Positions 1 through 10,785 of a DNA stretch of 60,728 nt are shown in pieces. Made by a program: the position numbers and the translations under genes. The DNA comes from an uncultured Candidatus Peribacteria bacterium (lineage in GTDB: Bacteria; Patescibacteriota; Gracilibacteria; Absconditabacterales; Absconditicoccaceae), in the NCBI GenBank assembly GCA_964547365.1, contig CAZJMP010000001.1:1-60728 (forward strand), read 5' to 3'. Each line of letters starts with the position of its first letter. Positions within the stretch are counted from its first letter, which is position 1. The notes below the pieces were generated by a model. It was not told where the DNA came from. It did not search any database and saw only the letters and a program-made list of their open reading frames with translations.

Positions 1-194
1 CCGGATGCTGTACTCTGGATAGATACTTTATATATGAATTATCTACGCCTCGCCTACATCCCCCGGTAATTACCGGGGGGCCCATTCCGGACTCGTCCAT
101 GCAAGCAGCTTCATCTTCTTTTTGATTCCTATCTCGTGGCGAGCATCCGGCGTTGTAGTATAGTTGATCTAATTACTGGCGAAAGTTTTTTTTT
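1..194. repeat. Structured repeat family, copy A (left part cut by window edge)
   Basis: Closing stem ccggatgct(1-9)/agcatccgg(142-150); internal GC hairpin at 60-80; 3' block ctatctcgtggcgagcatccggcg, then ggcgaaagt and a T-run. Same layout as copy B (6449-6668), with compensatory stem substitutions. Confidence 0.5.
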
Positions 195-204
195 GTCTAT
201 ATAC

Positions 205-232
205 TTGATTTCCTTTTTCGGAAATCTATATT
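205..232 (+). promoter_or_regulatory. Putative sigma70-type promoter for the riboswitch-metK transcript
   Basis: ttgatt(205-210), 16-nt spacer, tatatt(227-232). Confidence 0.3.
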
Positions 233-243
233 CTGACTGTGAT

Positions 244-360
244 ACTATCCAGAGTGGACGATAGAGACTAGGCTCGTTAAGCGTCCCGGCAACCTTCCAG
301 AGGCAGGTAAACTTCCATTGGGAACGGTGCCAATTCCTACCCTCACGGGAAAGATATGAG
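244..360 (+). promoter_or_regulatory. SAM-I (S-box) riboswitch aptamer
   Basis: S-box core blocks in the canonical order: tatccAGAGtgg, CCCGGCAACC (285-294), GGTGCCAATTCC (326-337), P4 hairpin ccctcacggg, closing GAAAGATAtGAG. Lies directly 5' of metK. Confidence 0.75.
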
Positions 361-383
361 AAAACATTCTATCGTTTTTTTTG

Positions 384-420
384 AACTCTTTCTTCGTGAT
401 AAAGAGTTTTTTATTTTTTT
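384..420 (+). terminator. Intrinsic terminator (riboswitch expression platform)
   Basis: Stem aactcttt(384-391)/aaagagtt(401-408) followed by a T-run, 13 nt before the metK ATG. Confidence 0.6.
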
Positions 421-432
421 ACACTCTTTTTC

Positions 433-1557
433 ATGAAACAATTCATTACCAGTGAATCCGTTACCGAGTGACATCCTGACAAAATCTGCGATCAGGTGTC
501 TGATGCTATTTTGGACGCTTGTCTGCACCAAGATCCTTTATCTCGTGTCGCTTGTGAATGTCTTACAACGACCGATACTATCATTGTTGCTGGGGAAATT
601 ACCACGCATGCCGATATCGATATCGAAGCTATCGTAAGAAAGACTATCTGCGATATCTGATATGATAGCGATGAAAAATATTTCGATGGTGAGACGTGCA
701 AGGTTCAGATACTCATTCATAAACAATCTCCGAATATCGCTCAAGGTGTCGATACGTGATGAGCAGGTGATCAGTGAATGATGTATGGGTATGCAAGCAA
801 TGAAACTAAAAATTATATGCCTATGCCGATCGATTTGGCACATGCCTTATCTAGAAGACTTGCTCATGTGAGAAAAGCATGAATCTTACATCGAATCTAT
901 CCTGATGGCAAGACACAAGTGACCGTGGAATATTATGGCCACAAGCCGTTGAGAGTCGATGCTGTCGTTGTTTCTGCACAGCATGCCAAAGATATCTCCA
1001 ACGAGCAGATCAAAAAAGATATTATCGAACAGGTCATCACACCTGTCATAGGTGAGTATATTGATGATCAAACTAAGATTTTTATTAATCCTACCTGAGC
1101 ATTCAATATCGGTGGTCCGGCTGGTGATACGTGAGTGACGTGAAGAAAGATTATCGTCGATACTTATGGTGGAGTTTGAAGGCATTGATGATGATGCTTC
1201 AGTGGAAAAGATCCGACCAAAGTCGATAGAAGCGGTGCATATATGATGCGTTATCTTGCCAAAAATGTCGTCGCTGCATGATTGTGCGACAAATGTGAAC
1301 TTCAGGTTTCCTATGCGATAGGTGTGAAACAGCCGTTGAATATCTATATCGATTGTTTCGGTACGGAAAAAGTCGATCTTCAAACGATTATTGATACGAT
1401 AAGAAATCATTTTGATCTGAGTCCAAAATGAATCATCGAAAGGTTATGATTGAGAACACCGATATTCAAATCAACTTCTGCGTACGGCCATTTCGGCAGG
1501 CATGAATTCCCTTGGGAACAGCTTGATAGCGTGGAGATTTTCAAAAAACTTATATAA
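433..1557 (+). CDS. metK: S-adenosylmethionine synthetase (table 25, about 15 in-frame TGA=Gly)
   Basis: [12 protein letters not shown][TGA=G][22 protein letters not shown][V][13 protein letters not shown]-terminal YGHFGR..FPWE. Triple TGA at 1186-1194 reads HGGGC. Ends in TAA. Confidence 0.95.
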
Positions 1558-1639
1558 TGTCATTTCTTTTTTGATATCGAAATATCCATAAGGCATCTGT
1601 TGTATCTTTGAATTATCTGTAAAAAATACGCATAATTTT

Positions 1640-1667
1640 TTGACAATTCAAAAAAAATATGTACAAT
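1640..1667 (+). promoter_or_regulatory. Putative promoter
   Basis: ttgaca(1640-1645), 16-nt spacer, tacaat(1662-1667), upstream of the 1701 ORF. Confidence 0.4.
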
Positions 1668-1700
1668 ATAATTGTGTTTTATATTTTACGATATGATGCT

Positions 1701-2261
1701 ATGAAAAAGTTTCTTTGAAAATTAGGAGAAAAAATTGGTTTTCCCTCTCCTAAAGAAAAACCCTCTAATATCGATTTCTCATGAAAGATGGAAAAAATAT
1801 CTGATGATACTTTTGTTTTTGAAAGCTATGGGCAGAAAACAGAAATTAAAGTATATGACGAGTGATTGTTTGATATAGGAGGGATTATTGAATCAGAAAA
1901 AAATATCAAATTAGTCGCTGATTTCATTAATCATTGAAAAAATCTAGCTGCTGAATGATATAGAAATTCTATTGAAAATATTGTTGGAGTCTCTTTTAAG
2001 TATGAACCTGATTTCCCTGAATATAATGTATCTGTTATTTTTGATATCGAACATGATATTGATCCTGAAGAACAGGGCGATGAATATGAATCATGATATG
2101 GTCTATCTCAATCAATTATAGAAAAGAAAATGTTTGCTAAGATGAATAAACAAGAAAAATATGTTATTGGTAAAAATGCTGCTGCTATGGCAAAATATTT
2201 GAATGAACGAGTGGAATGAGAGCATTTGTTTTCGTTTTCTGTAGCCGAAGAATCTGCATAA
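1701..2261 (+). CDS. Hypothetical protein (186 aa; invisible in the standard-code ORF track)
   Basis: ATG..TAA frame is open once 7 TGA codons are read as Gly (MKKFLGKLGEKIGFPSP...). No family recognised. Confidence 0.6.
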
Positions 2262-2417
2262 CTATTTATAATGTATGTAAAAATCTACATTACTATAAAA
2301 AAGCTTTTCAAACTTTTTCCAGAAAGTAGGGATGTCGTAGATAACTATTCCTTGCGAAAACTTCCTGATTGACTATAGTCTTTGGGAAGTTTTTTTTATT
2401 CTCTTTGTAATCATTCT

Positions 2418-3359
2418 ATGCTACTTTCGTGAAAAGATTTGTCTGTTGCGTTCAAACAGAAACTGATAGAAAAAAGAGCCAAGATATTCGGTGAGACAAA
2501 AGCGTACGTCGCTATCATTTTCTTGTGAGACGATTATTCTTCTGCTACCTATGTGAAACATAAGAAAGCGTACGGCGACTCCATCGGTTTGCCGGTCATT
2601 GTTTTTTGACAGAATCATCAGGCTGAATATGATAGGAATCAAGCTGGGAAATTCGATGATGTCGGTATCTATATCAATCAGAAATATGATAATGTTTGAA
2701 AAATCATGGAGCTTATCAGATATCTCAATCATGACGATGAATGTGCCGGTATCATCATCCAGCTACCATTACCTGAGCAATTCGAGCCATACAAAGAACA
2801 GTTGTTGGCTGCTATCACTCCGCAAAAAGATTTAGATTGACTCGGAGGCGTGATTCTCTGACTTTCTGAGATAGGACTTGTAGACTTTGTTCCTGCTACT
2901 CCGAAGGCGGTATTGTATCTCCTTGAACAGTACAAACTCGATGATTTCAGAGGCAAAACGATTGCTATTCTCGGTCAAAGCAATATCGTCGGCAAACCGC
3001 TCGCTATCGAATGTATCAAGAGATGAGCAACGGTCTATACCTGCAATTCTACTACACCTCCTGAACAGATCAAAACCATTGCGAAGATGGCTGACTATAT
3101 CATTTCCTCTACAGGGAAAGTGCATCTGATCGATGATTCATTTGTTCGTGATGACAAGACTCAGATCATCGTCGATGTCGGTTATGGACATATCGATGGC
3201 AAACCGGTCGGTGATGTAAACATTGAAACCATACAAGACAAAGTCGCTTCGTATACGCCGGTTCCTGGTGGAGTAGGGCCGCTTACGGTGGCGTGCATTT
3301 TCGATAATGTATTCACTTTACAAACTTATCAGGATGTATTGAAACCATATAAACTCTAA
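2418..3359 (+). CDS. folD: Bifunctional methylenetetrahydrofolate dehydrogenase/cyclohydrolase
   Basis: MLLSGKDLSVAFKQKL.., VAIIFLGDD..SATYVKHKKK, IIIQLPLP, ILGQSNIVGKPL, TPVPGGVGPLTVA. Several TGA codons fall at Gly positions. Confidence 0.93.
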
Positions 3360-3470
3360 GATAATTTAGCATTTAGAAAAAATAAAAAAAATTTAGAAAA
3401 CAGAAATATTTCTAAATTTAGAAACATTCTAAATTCTTAATTCTAAATTTTAAATTCTAAATTTATTCTT
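3360..3470. repeat. Heptamer-type tandem/inverted repeats (TTAGAAT / ATTCTAA family)
   Basis: aatttag/catttag units, palindrome tttctaaatttagaaa, then attctaa attctta attctaa attttaa attctaa between folD and the next gene. Confidence 0.8.
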
Positions 3471-4535
3471 TTGGTGTACGATATCATCATTATCGGTTGA
3501 GGCGCATCAGGGCTCTTTTGCTCTCTGTTTTTGCCGAAAGAACGAAAGAAATGCATCATAGAAAAGACAGATAAACTGTGAACAAAAGTGTTGCTTTCTT
3601 GATGAGAGAGATGCAATCTGACCAATATCAATCTAAACCCTGAACTGCATTATGTCGGTCAATCCTTGAAATCGCTTCCTTCCTTGTTCCATACGTTCTG
3701 ACCTGAAGATATGATTGCTTTTTTGCATGAGCATACGATAGAGACTAGAGTAGAGGAGTATGGGAGAGTGATGCTCAAAAGCGGTAAATCCAAGCAACTC
3801 GTGGAATTCCTTATCGATGAATCCAAGAAGAACGAGACGGAACTTTTGCTTTCGCATGAGGTCCTTTCGATAACGAAATCTGATGAAGATGTTTTTGTCG
3901 TTACGACTTCTGCAGGTGTATTTAGTTCCAAAAACGTAATTGTTGCGACGTGATGAATGACCTATCCGCAGATCGGCGCTACGCCGTTTGCGTATGAAAT
4001 GGCAGAACAGTTGTGACTTTCTCTTTCTGTTCCCCATCCGGCTTTGTGTGGGATAGGGACCAAGGAAGATCTTTCTTTGCTGGCTGGCAATACCGTACAA
4101 GCTCTACTTACGCTCTATCGTGAGAATAAACTTGTCTATAGCGCCAAATGACCGTTATTGTTTACTCATACGGGTATTAGCGGACCTATCGTGTTTGATG
4201 CTACTCTGTATATAGATGATATTTCCAAATATTCTTTGCAGATCGATTTTGATCTTTCGTGAACGAGCAAAAAAGTCATTCAAAAATTTAAGCTTGTAGA
4301 AGGGGATACGATCCGTGATTTTCGTATTAAGGAGTTGAAATCTATCCAAGAGGCGAAGGTGTCTGTGTGAGGAATTATTTTGAAAGATCTGGATCAAGGA
4401 TTTCAATCCAAGAAGATTCCAGGGCTTTATTTTATCGGCGAGTCGCTCGATATCACGGGCAAGACGTGAGGGTATAATCTGCAGCGAGCGCGGACGAGTG
4501 GGTATGTCTGTGCTCAACATCTAATAAAAAAATAA
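3471..4535 (+). CDS. HI0933/BaiN-family FAD-dependent oxidoreductase
   Basis: N-terminal dinucleotide motif YDIIIIG[G]GASG, C-terminal GLYFIGESLDITGKTGGYNLQ.A..SG. TTG (3471) or GTG (3474) start. In frame with track ORF 3711..3953. Confidence 0.8.
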
Positions 4536-4559
4536 CGGGAATTCCGTTATTTTTTTTTA
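4532..4559. terminator. Bidirectional intrinsic terminator
   Basis: ataacgg-gaatt-ccgttat hairpin flanked by an A-run and a T-run, between convergent genes. Confidence 0.7.
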
Positions 4560-4576
4560 TGAAACAGTATCGTACA

Positions 4577-5497
4577 TTATTTGTTCATGAAATACTTGCG
4601 AAGTATGAGATAGGTAATGAATGCTATAATGATGGAAAGCAATATGAAGAGAGGATAGGTGATCCTCCGATTCTCCGGTCCGGTTATCATGCTCCGTTCA
4701 GACATGCCTCCAATTCCCGCAATCACGGTCAATGGCATGAAGATAGAGTTGATGAAGGTCAATCTTGTTACACTTTTATTGCTTTTGATGCCGACAAACG
4801 TGTTGTATGCTTGCATGAGCGAATCGTTTTTTTCGGTCAACGCATTGATGGTCCTGATGATTTTTGCAAGTTTGGATTGCAGATCATTGAAATAGGTGTT
4901 TAGATGTTTCTCATGAAGCTGCTTTACGTGTTCTGTAAGCTCGTCGATAATCTCTTCTTGGGACAAGAAATTATGTTTTACAAATATCTTGTTGAGATCT
5001 TCTGTAATCAATTCATCGATCACTTCCTCTCATTTGCTGTCGATCTTTGTTTGGATATCCAGAAGTCTCTGTCATGACATCGCTAGTGATTTTATTGTCT
5101 TATCATAGAATGCATCGACAATCCTGTAGAGGATATAATATGGTGATGATTTATATGAACCATCGATAGTCTCTGCTTCTTTTTCCATCTCTTCTAGCAT
5201 CTTATTCAGCGTCTGGGATTCTAATCATGTAGTAGTGATGATAAGGTCTTGTCCTATGATTACATCCATTTCGTTGAATGTATATCTTGCTTCTTCAGGC
5301 ATATACTTGGTGAACGTCAATGCCATGAAAAAGTGATCACTGGTGGTATCGATTTTTGATTGTGCATTGATTCCCAAAATATCTTCTACGATCATTTCGT
5401 GGAAATTATGTTCTTTGGCTAGCTTATCTATCGCTTCTTTGTCAGGAGCTTGGATACATATCCATTGGGTCTTTCCGATCTGTAATGTTTTTTTCAT
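4577..5497 (-). CDS. corA: CorA-family Mg2+/Co2+ transporter (variant GMSE in place of GMNF)
   Basis: Track ORFs 5225..5497 and 4577..5023 are in frame and joined through TGA codons. YYILYRIVDAFYDK, SIFMPLTVIAGIGGMSE, two C-terminal TM helices. Confidence 0.85.
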
Positions 5498-5720
5498 ATT
5501 GTTCTTTTGGGGTAAAATTCACCTCTCATTATACTCGTAAATCTCTTTCTGTCAAATTTTGATGTGTTGACAAAATTGCAAAAAATCAGTTATCATCAGC
5601 AAAATATGCTTTTTTGATAACTCATGGTTTGCAAATACACATATTTTTTTTCTCTTGTAAATAATGATTCTATTTTTTTTCTTTTTTACCGAATAAATTC
5701 TTTTTTCCTGACCTTATTTT

Positions 5721-5749
5721 TTGATTTCCCTTTCTTTTCTGTGTATACT
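5721..5749 (+). promoter_or_regulatory. Putative promoter
   Basis: ttgatt, 17-nt spacer, tatact with an extended TGTG, 36 nt before the ATG at 5785. Confidence 0.4.
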
Positions 5750-5784
5750 TATATCGTCATCATTTTATTCCATATTATAGGCAG

Positions 5785-6222
5785 ATGGAAAACTTAAACA
5801 CAAGACTTTCACAAGAATCAATCCGCAATGTCAATTCGCTTATCCAAAAGATCGAAGGCGTATGCAAGGATATCGAAAAGAATCTTGCTATGTGTCTTGA
5901 GATTAGCGGAGATTCTGTAGCAAAATTCAGCGTCACTACTGCAAACAAGGTAGAATCTGAATTTGTGGATAGAGTAATCCTCAATATCGATAAGATCAAA
6001 AATCATCTCAAAGATCTCAAAAAAGCATTGAATAAAAAAGTTATTACGGATACTACCGATATCGAAAAAATCATCGGTTCACTCCAAGATACGTCTGATA
6101 CATTACAATCATTCTTGCTTTCCAACGGTTTCTTCCAGAATACCTTCCAGATGCCAGTCATGGAAATCCAAGGAGCTATCGATCAAATCCTCAATCATGT
6201 TACTTTGGTCGAGGCATACTAA
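5785..6222 (+). CDS. Hypothetical protein (145 aa, helical)
   Basis: Uninterrupted ORF ending in TAA, with a promoter upstream and terminators downstream. Confidence 0.6.
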   Translation: MENLNTRLSQESIRNVNSLIQKIEGVCKDIEKNLAMCLEISGDSVAKFSVTTANKVESEFVDRVILNIDKIKNHLKDLKKALNKKVITDTTDIEKIIGSLQDTSDTLQSFLLSNGFFQNTFQMPVMEIQGAIDQILNHVTLVEAY

Positions 6223-6339
6223 CAATGTACACCGACGGTGTCGGTATCCTTTCGATATCGTGAAAATCCTCATAAAAAATCTTCGGATTTTCATCGCATC
6301 TCAAGTAAGCGGTCTTTACAAATATATATAATGAAAAAC

Positions 6340-6378
6340 TCCCGCGGTATATCCGTCGGGATTTTTTTATTTTTTTTG
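6340..6378 (+). terminator. Intrinsic terminator
   Basis: tcccgcgg..ccgtcggga hairpin plus a long T-run. Confidence 0.6.
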
Positions 6379-6385
6379 ATGCTTC

Positions 6386-6690
6386 GCTGAATTACTTTTG
6401 AGGTGTTATTCTTAGACTTACTTTTGGGCGCTTCGCCCCAAACCCCGATTTACTTTTTGCCATTGCTGCAAAAAGTAAACAAAAAGATCTAGCCAGATGC
6501 AAAGCTCAGAATTTTATTTCCTTCTTTACGTTGCCTACCAACGAGCCTCCTCCCCATCTACGATGGGACCCAGTCGGCTCGTTCCATTTCTCTTTTTCGA
6601 TTTAACATTGTTCACTATCCCGCGGCGTGCATCTGGCGGATGTTATTTTAGTAATGGCGAAAAGTAAAAAAAGCGGAGTGGTTCCGCTTA
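6386..6690. repeat. Structured repeat family, copy B (complete), with flanking TTACTTTTG motifs
   Basis: Outer 16-bp stem tttactttttgccatt(6449-6464)/aatggcgaaaagtaaa(6653-6668). Inner stem gccagatgca(6492-6501)/tgcatctggc(6628-6637). Nested stems aacgagcc/ggctcgtt and cccatc/gatggg. ttacttttg occurs three times on the 5' side. Hairpin agcgga/tccgct at 6672-6688. Confidence 0.55.
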
Positions 6691-6832
6691 TAACATCTGT
6701 TTTTTTGCTGTATGTTGAAGATATATGGTAGAGCTTTTTGTTGGTTTTTTCTGCTTTTTGTTGATTGTTTGAAAAAGAGTGGAAAATTTTAACAGGGTTT
6801 TATCATAGGGGAAATGATAACTTTCTCAAAAG

Positions 6833-6866
6833 TATAAAAAAAACTTGGAGGATTTCCACCAAGTTT
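6833..6866 (-). terminator. Intrinsic terminator of the 6869..7306 gene
   Basis: aaacttgg..ccaagttt hairpin followed by a T-run on the minus strand. Confidence 0.6.
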
Positions 6867-6868
6867 AC

Positions 6869-7306
6869 TTATAATTTTTTAATACATCATTTTGTGAGTT
6901 CTTCTTCTGCCTTTTTAATGGCATTCATCACGTAAAGAGCAGATGCTAGGTCCTCATTGATTTCCTTGAAGTTACCAATATCATAGTTATAGCTTGCACT
7001 ATGATGGCTAGTAGCCCATTCCCTGGAAAAAATTATGTCTAAGTAGGTATAATCAGAACCATACTTTTCCGCTCTCTCAGCAATAGAAAAGAACGGGTGG
7101 AACCCGTTTTCATCAACATTGAATACCATAATCTTATTTGTTTCGAACAAACCAACGCCAATACTTGGAATACCCTGTTGTACGAGTTCAGGGACTACCA
7201 ATTCTGCGGTTTTATACCCGTGGATGTCGATAAAAGTTGAAGAACTCTTCGTTAAATTCTCAAATGCTCCTTTGAGAATTTGTTTTACTAATTCCTGATT
7301 TCTCAT
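6869..7306 (-). CDS. Hypothetical protein (145 aa)
   Basis: Track ORF 6887..7306 ends in TGA. Under table 25 it continues six more codons (G plus CIKKL) to TAA at 6869. Confidence 0.6.
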
Positions 7307-7494
7307 TTTGTTTCTCCTATATTAGTTAATGTTTTTTATTTTGTATGCTTATATATTTTCTCTATAAAAAGTCAACCATGGTGATTTCAAAAAAATCTCT
7401 GTTCCTTATTTGAAACAAAAAAGTAGATGTCCGACAATTTGTCGCTATCTGACACATGGTAGGTTTGTGATGAATTGTGGTGGGTAAACTGACA

Positions 7495-10488
7495 TTACTT
7501 TTGTGCTCGTACTACTTTCTGTTCGCCATTGATCTCCTTGAATTCTTTGGCTTTTACCTTGATCTTGTCGCCGATGTTGTAGTATTTTTTTCGTTCAACT
7601 CCGGCTGGAGCGACGATGAAATTCTTGTGGAGCAATCCTTCGACTCCTTTGACCGTAACGAACATTCCATAGTTGTACATCAGCTTGATGTATCCATCAT
7701 ATTCCTTTCCGATCCTGATATCTTTGATGCTGAAAGTGCCGTTGTCGTGGATTATCTCTCCTTCGTATGCAGGTGTTTTGATAATAGGTTCCGCTGCTGT
7801 TGCTGTCGGTGCAGCTGCTGGAGCGATGCCTTTTATTTTTTCTAGTTTCGCGATGTTCGGACAGAATTTGAAATAATCCTGTTTTTTTGCTCCTGCTTGT
7901 TTGTAGATATCATTCAATTGTTCGAGGGCGCGTTCTTTCTTTCCTATCCGGATCATCAATGGTCCGCCATTGTTTTCTATCTGTATGGTTTGGTGCTGAT
8001 AGATATCTACATGGACAGGTATCTCTGTCTCTTTTCCGAAACTTACTTTACCGCCGATCTCGTATTTGAGATTTGCTTGATCTTCTAATCATTTTGGTTT
8101 GCCATACCGGATCGCTTTGTGTGAATAGTACTCGGTATCGAAGATAATCGCATCTGGTTCTTCGCCGTCGATAGCGAATTCCGTGAAGTATGACGCGTGT
8201 TGTTCGACAAACATATCATGTAAATTTTCTACTTCTTCTTCTGTTATTCATAATGATTCCAATCTTGCTTTCTCCATGACTTTTTCTTGGACGGAGAATG
8301 TCTTGTTTGATCGCGCTGCCATAAGTTTTTCGAGCTGTCCTCTTTCCATTGCATATCTTTGTCTTGATTGTTTCCTTACTTTATCGATCAATTCCAATGA
8401 TCCTTCTCCAAGTTTTATCGGAGGCAATGTTTTCATCGAAAATGGATCTGATGAAATACCGTCGATCATCAGTCTGGTATAGGTCGTATATTTCGGCAAA
8501 GAAATCAGATCATTGACACTTGCCATTTCTTTGAATTGTCCCGTGATGATATCTGCATCATCTTTTCCTAAGGTAAATGCAACTGTTGTACCTACATTTC
8601 CAAAGATGGCATCTTTTGTCTTTTCATCGAGCTGTGCAGTATATTGGTTGGCGACGATAAGTGCTAACTTATATTTTCTCGCTTCTGAAAGGATAGTCGC
8701 GAATGATTCTGACGCGAAATTCTGGAACTCATCGATGTAGAGATAGAACGGTCTTCTTTCATGCGCTGCGATATTCGCTCTGGACATGGCATCGATCTGG
8801 AATTTCGTTACGAGCAATGATCCGATCATATTTGCATTATCTTCTCCGATCTTTCCTTTTGAGAGATTGACGAGCAGGATTTTTCCTTCATCCATCGCAT
8901 TTCTCAGATTGAGTTTTGTTCTTGGCTGACCAAAAATATTTCTGACCAATTTGGACGAAAGGAATTGTCCGACCTTGTTGGTGATAGGACCGATCGCTTC
9001 TTCCCTCTGTTTTGGCTGCCATTTATTGAATTCGCCTGTTCGGAATTTCAGGACGACTGGATCCTTGATATATGACATCACTTCCGTGCGGAAGTTATCA
9101 TCAATAAGCATTCTCAAAATATGCATGAGTGTCGCGTTCGGATAATCTACTAGCGAAAGCGCTACATTTCTCAATATGTATTCCAATCTTGGTCACCAGC
9201 TATCGCCGAAGAGTTTCTTGAATGTGGAAACAACACCTGATGCGATCAGGTTCTTTTCTTCTTCGGTCGCTCCTTGTAGCAGATTGAATCCGATAGGGTA
9301 GTCCGTATCTCCTACGTCGAATAGGATGACATCATTGATTCTATGTGTCGGAATATGTTCCAATATATTGTCTACAAGTTCACCATGCGGATCGAGCAAT
9401 GCGAGTCCATTTCCAGCTGCCATATCGCTTTTGAGAAGGTTCTCTATGAACGTAGATTTACCGGTACCGGTTTTTCCTACGATATACATATGTCTGAATT
9501 TATCTTCTTCCTTGATTCAAAATGTTATTTTTTCTCCTCTATAATCGGTGTATCCGAGTACCGTCAATTTTTTTGGATCGGTATTTTTTGTCGTAGGCAT
9601 GTTGGTAGGATATGCTAGCTTCCTGTAAAGGGTGTATTCTAATCCTTTGACGAAATTTTCCATCGTCGGGATGTGAAAGAAATTCACCGCTTGGGAATGC
9701 ATCATGCCGTGAAATTTTTCAGATGTCTTTATTTTTATTTTTCCGTTGGAGCTGAATGGAGCGAATGCTGCTACGATATTTTTTTTGAGATTCTCTCTGG
9801 CGTATTGATCTTTGGTCATGATCTTGTAACTGAATGATCCGTAGATTTCTGGCTTTTCTTCCTTGGGTTTTTCTATCGGCGTTCCGTCAGGATTTTTCTT
9901 TTTTGGTTCTCGGATCCGTTTGAAAATAGCATTCATATGTTGCAGAAAATTCTTCTCCAATTTGAACGTATAGGTAAAATAGATATCGAGCCTGGAATTT
10001 TGATCGACCATATTGTAGAGAGAAAAAATACCGTTCATAGGATCCATGTAGGTACCGCCTCTAGTGAATTCCTCTTTGGTAAGTAAGGTCCCTTCTTTGT
10101 CGAATTGCAATCGTTCTTTTCTTTGCGCTATCGGAAACGGTTCTTTCATCTCCTGGATATCTGAAGTAGGGAAACTCGTGTAGAACGTATTCTCGAAATA
10201 GGTTTTGAAATCTCTTGGTACTCCTACATAGAGTTTGATATCTATCGCATTTCCGCTGATGATGAACTTGATGTGTTTTTTCTTGAGGCTGATGATATTT
10301 TTGCTTATAGTATCTCGATGGTTTACTCCATGATCGTTGTCCTTGAATGGTTTAATATGAAAAAAAACATAGCCCTTGCTTTGTTCTTCGGAAATTTGCG
10401 TTCCTGGTATTTTTTGGGTGATGTTTCTTGGTTTGGTTGTGGTCGCTCAGGCAAGCATTTTGCCTAGTTTCTCTGCGTGTTTTAACAT
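7495..10488 (-). CDS. VirD4/TraD-like (T4SS coupling protein-type) P-loop ATPase with a C-terminal S1 RNA/ssDNA-binding domain (997 aa)
   Basis: Four track ORFs (9517..10149, 9193..9489, 8248..9186, 7495..7959) plus 10150..10488 share one frame joined by TGA codons. Walker A GKTGTGKST, LLDPHGEL, Walker B YIDEFQNF, ARKYKLALIVANQ. C-terminal S1 fold GKEYDGYI..YGMFVTVKGVEGLLHKN..IGDKIKVK. Confidence 0.8.
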
Positions 10489-10618
10489 TTTGTTTGGGAT
10501 AGTGCTAAAGTTTCAAAGGAGATACAGTTGAAACTGGTATTTCTTTATATGTCAATATTATACATATTTTGAGATAAAAAGCAAGTATTTATAGAAGTTT
10601 GTTTTTTCTTTTTTTTAG

Positions 10619-10754
10619 CAACCTTCTCTTCGTTTCCCCTTTGACTTCGCAAAGGACAAGTCCTCCTGTCAGAGGAGACTTCAGTAAAATCACACTCCTC
10701 TCTGACAGGAGAGGTGGGGTGAGGTTGTTCGCGAAAAAGCCGAAGAGGAGGTTG
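10619..10754. ncRNA. Candidate structured RNA (14-bp closing stem enclosing three hairpins); identity unknown
   Basis: caaccttctcttcg(10619-10632) pairs with cgaagaggaggttg(10741-10754). Internal hairpins cctttg/caaagg, ctcct-gtcag-aggag and cctctc-tgacag-gagagg. Confidence 0.35.
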
Positions 10755-10785
10755 ACTACGACACTCTTTTGCTTACATTCACAGC

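Noticed and set aside
5567-5596. A second promoter-like sequence ttgaca-18-tatcat in the corA / 5785 spacer
   Set aside because: The spacing is suboptimal and no downstream feature starts within 120 nt. The better-placed ttgatt-17-tatact at 5721-5749 was kept instead. This could still be a real promoter for a long 5' UTR or an sRNA.
10619-10754. Identification of the structured elements (10619-10754, 1-194, 6449-6668) as SRP RNA, tmRNA, 6S or RNase P RNA
   Set aside because: None of the signature motifs I know are present: SRP GGAA/AGCA domain IV loop, tmRNA tRNA-like ends and tag ORF, RNase P GGAAAGUCC/ACAGAA. The elements are left as unknown families.
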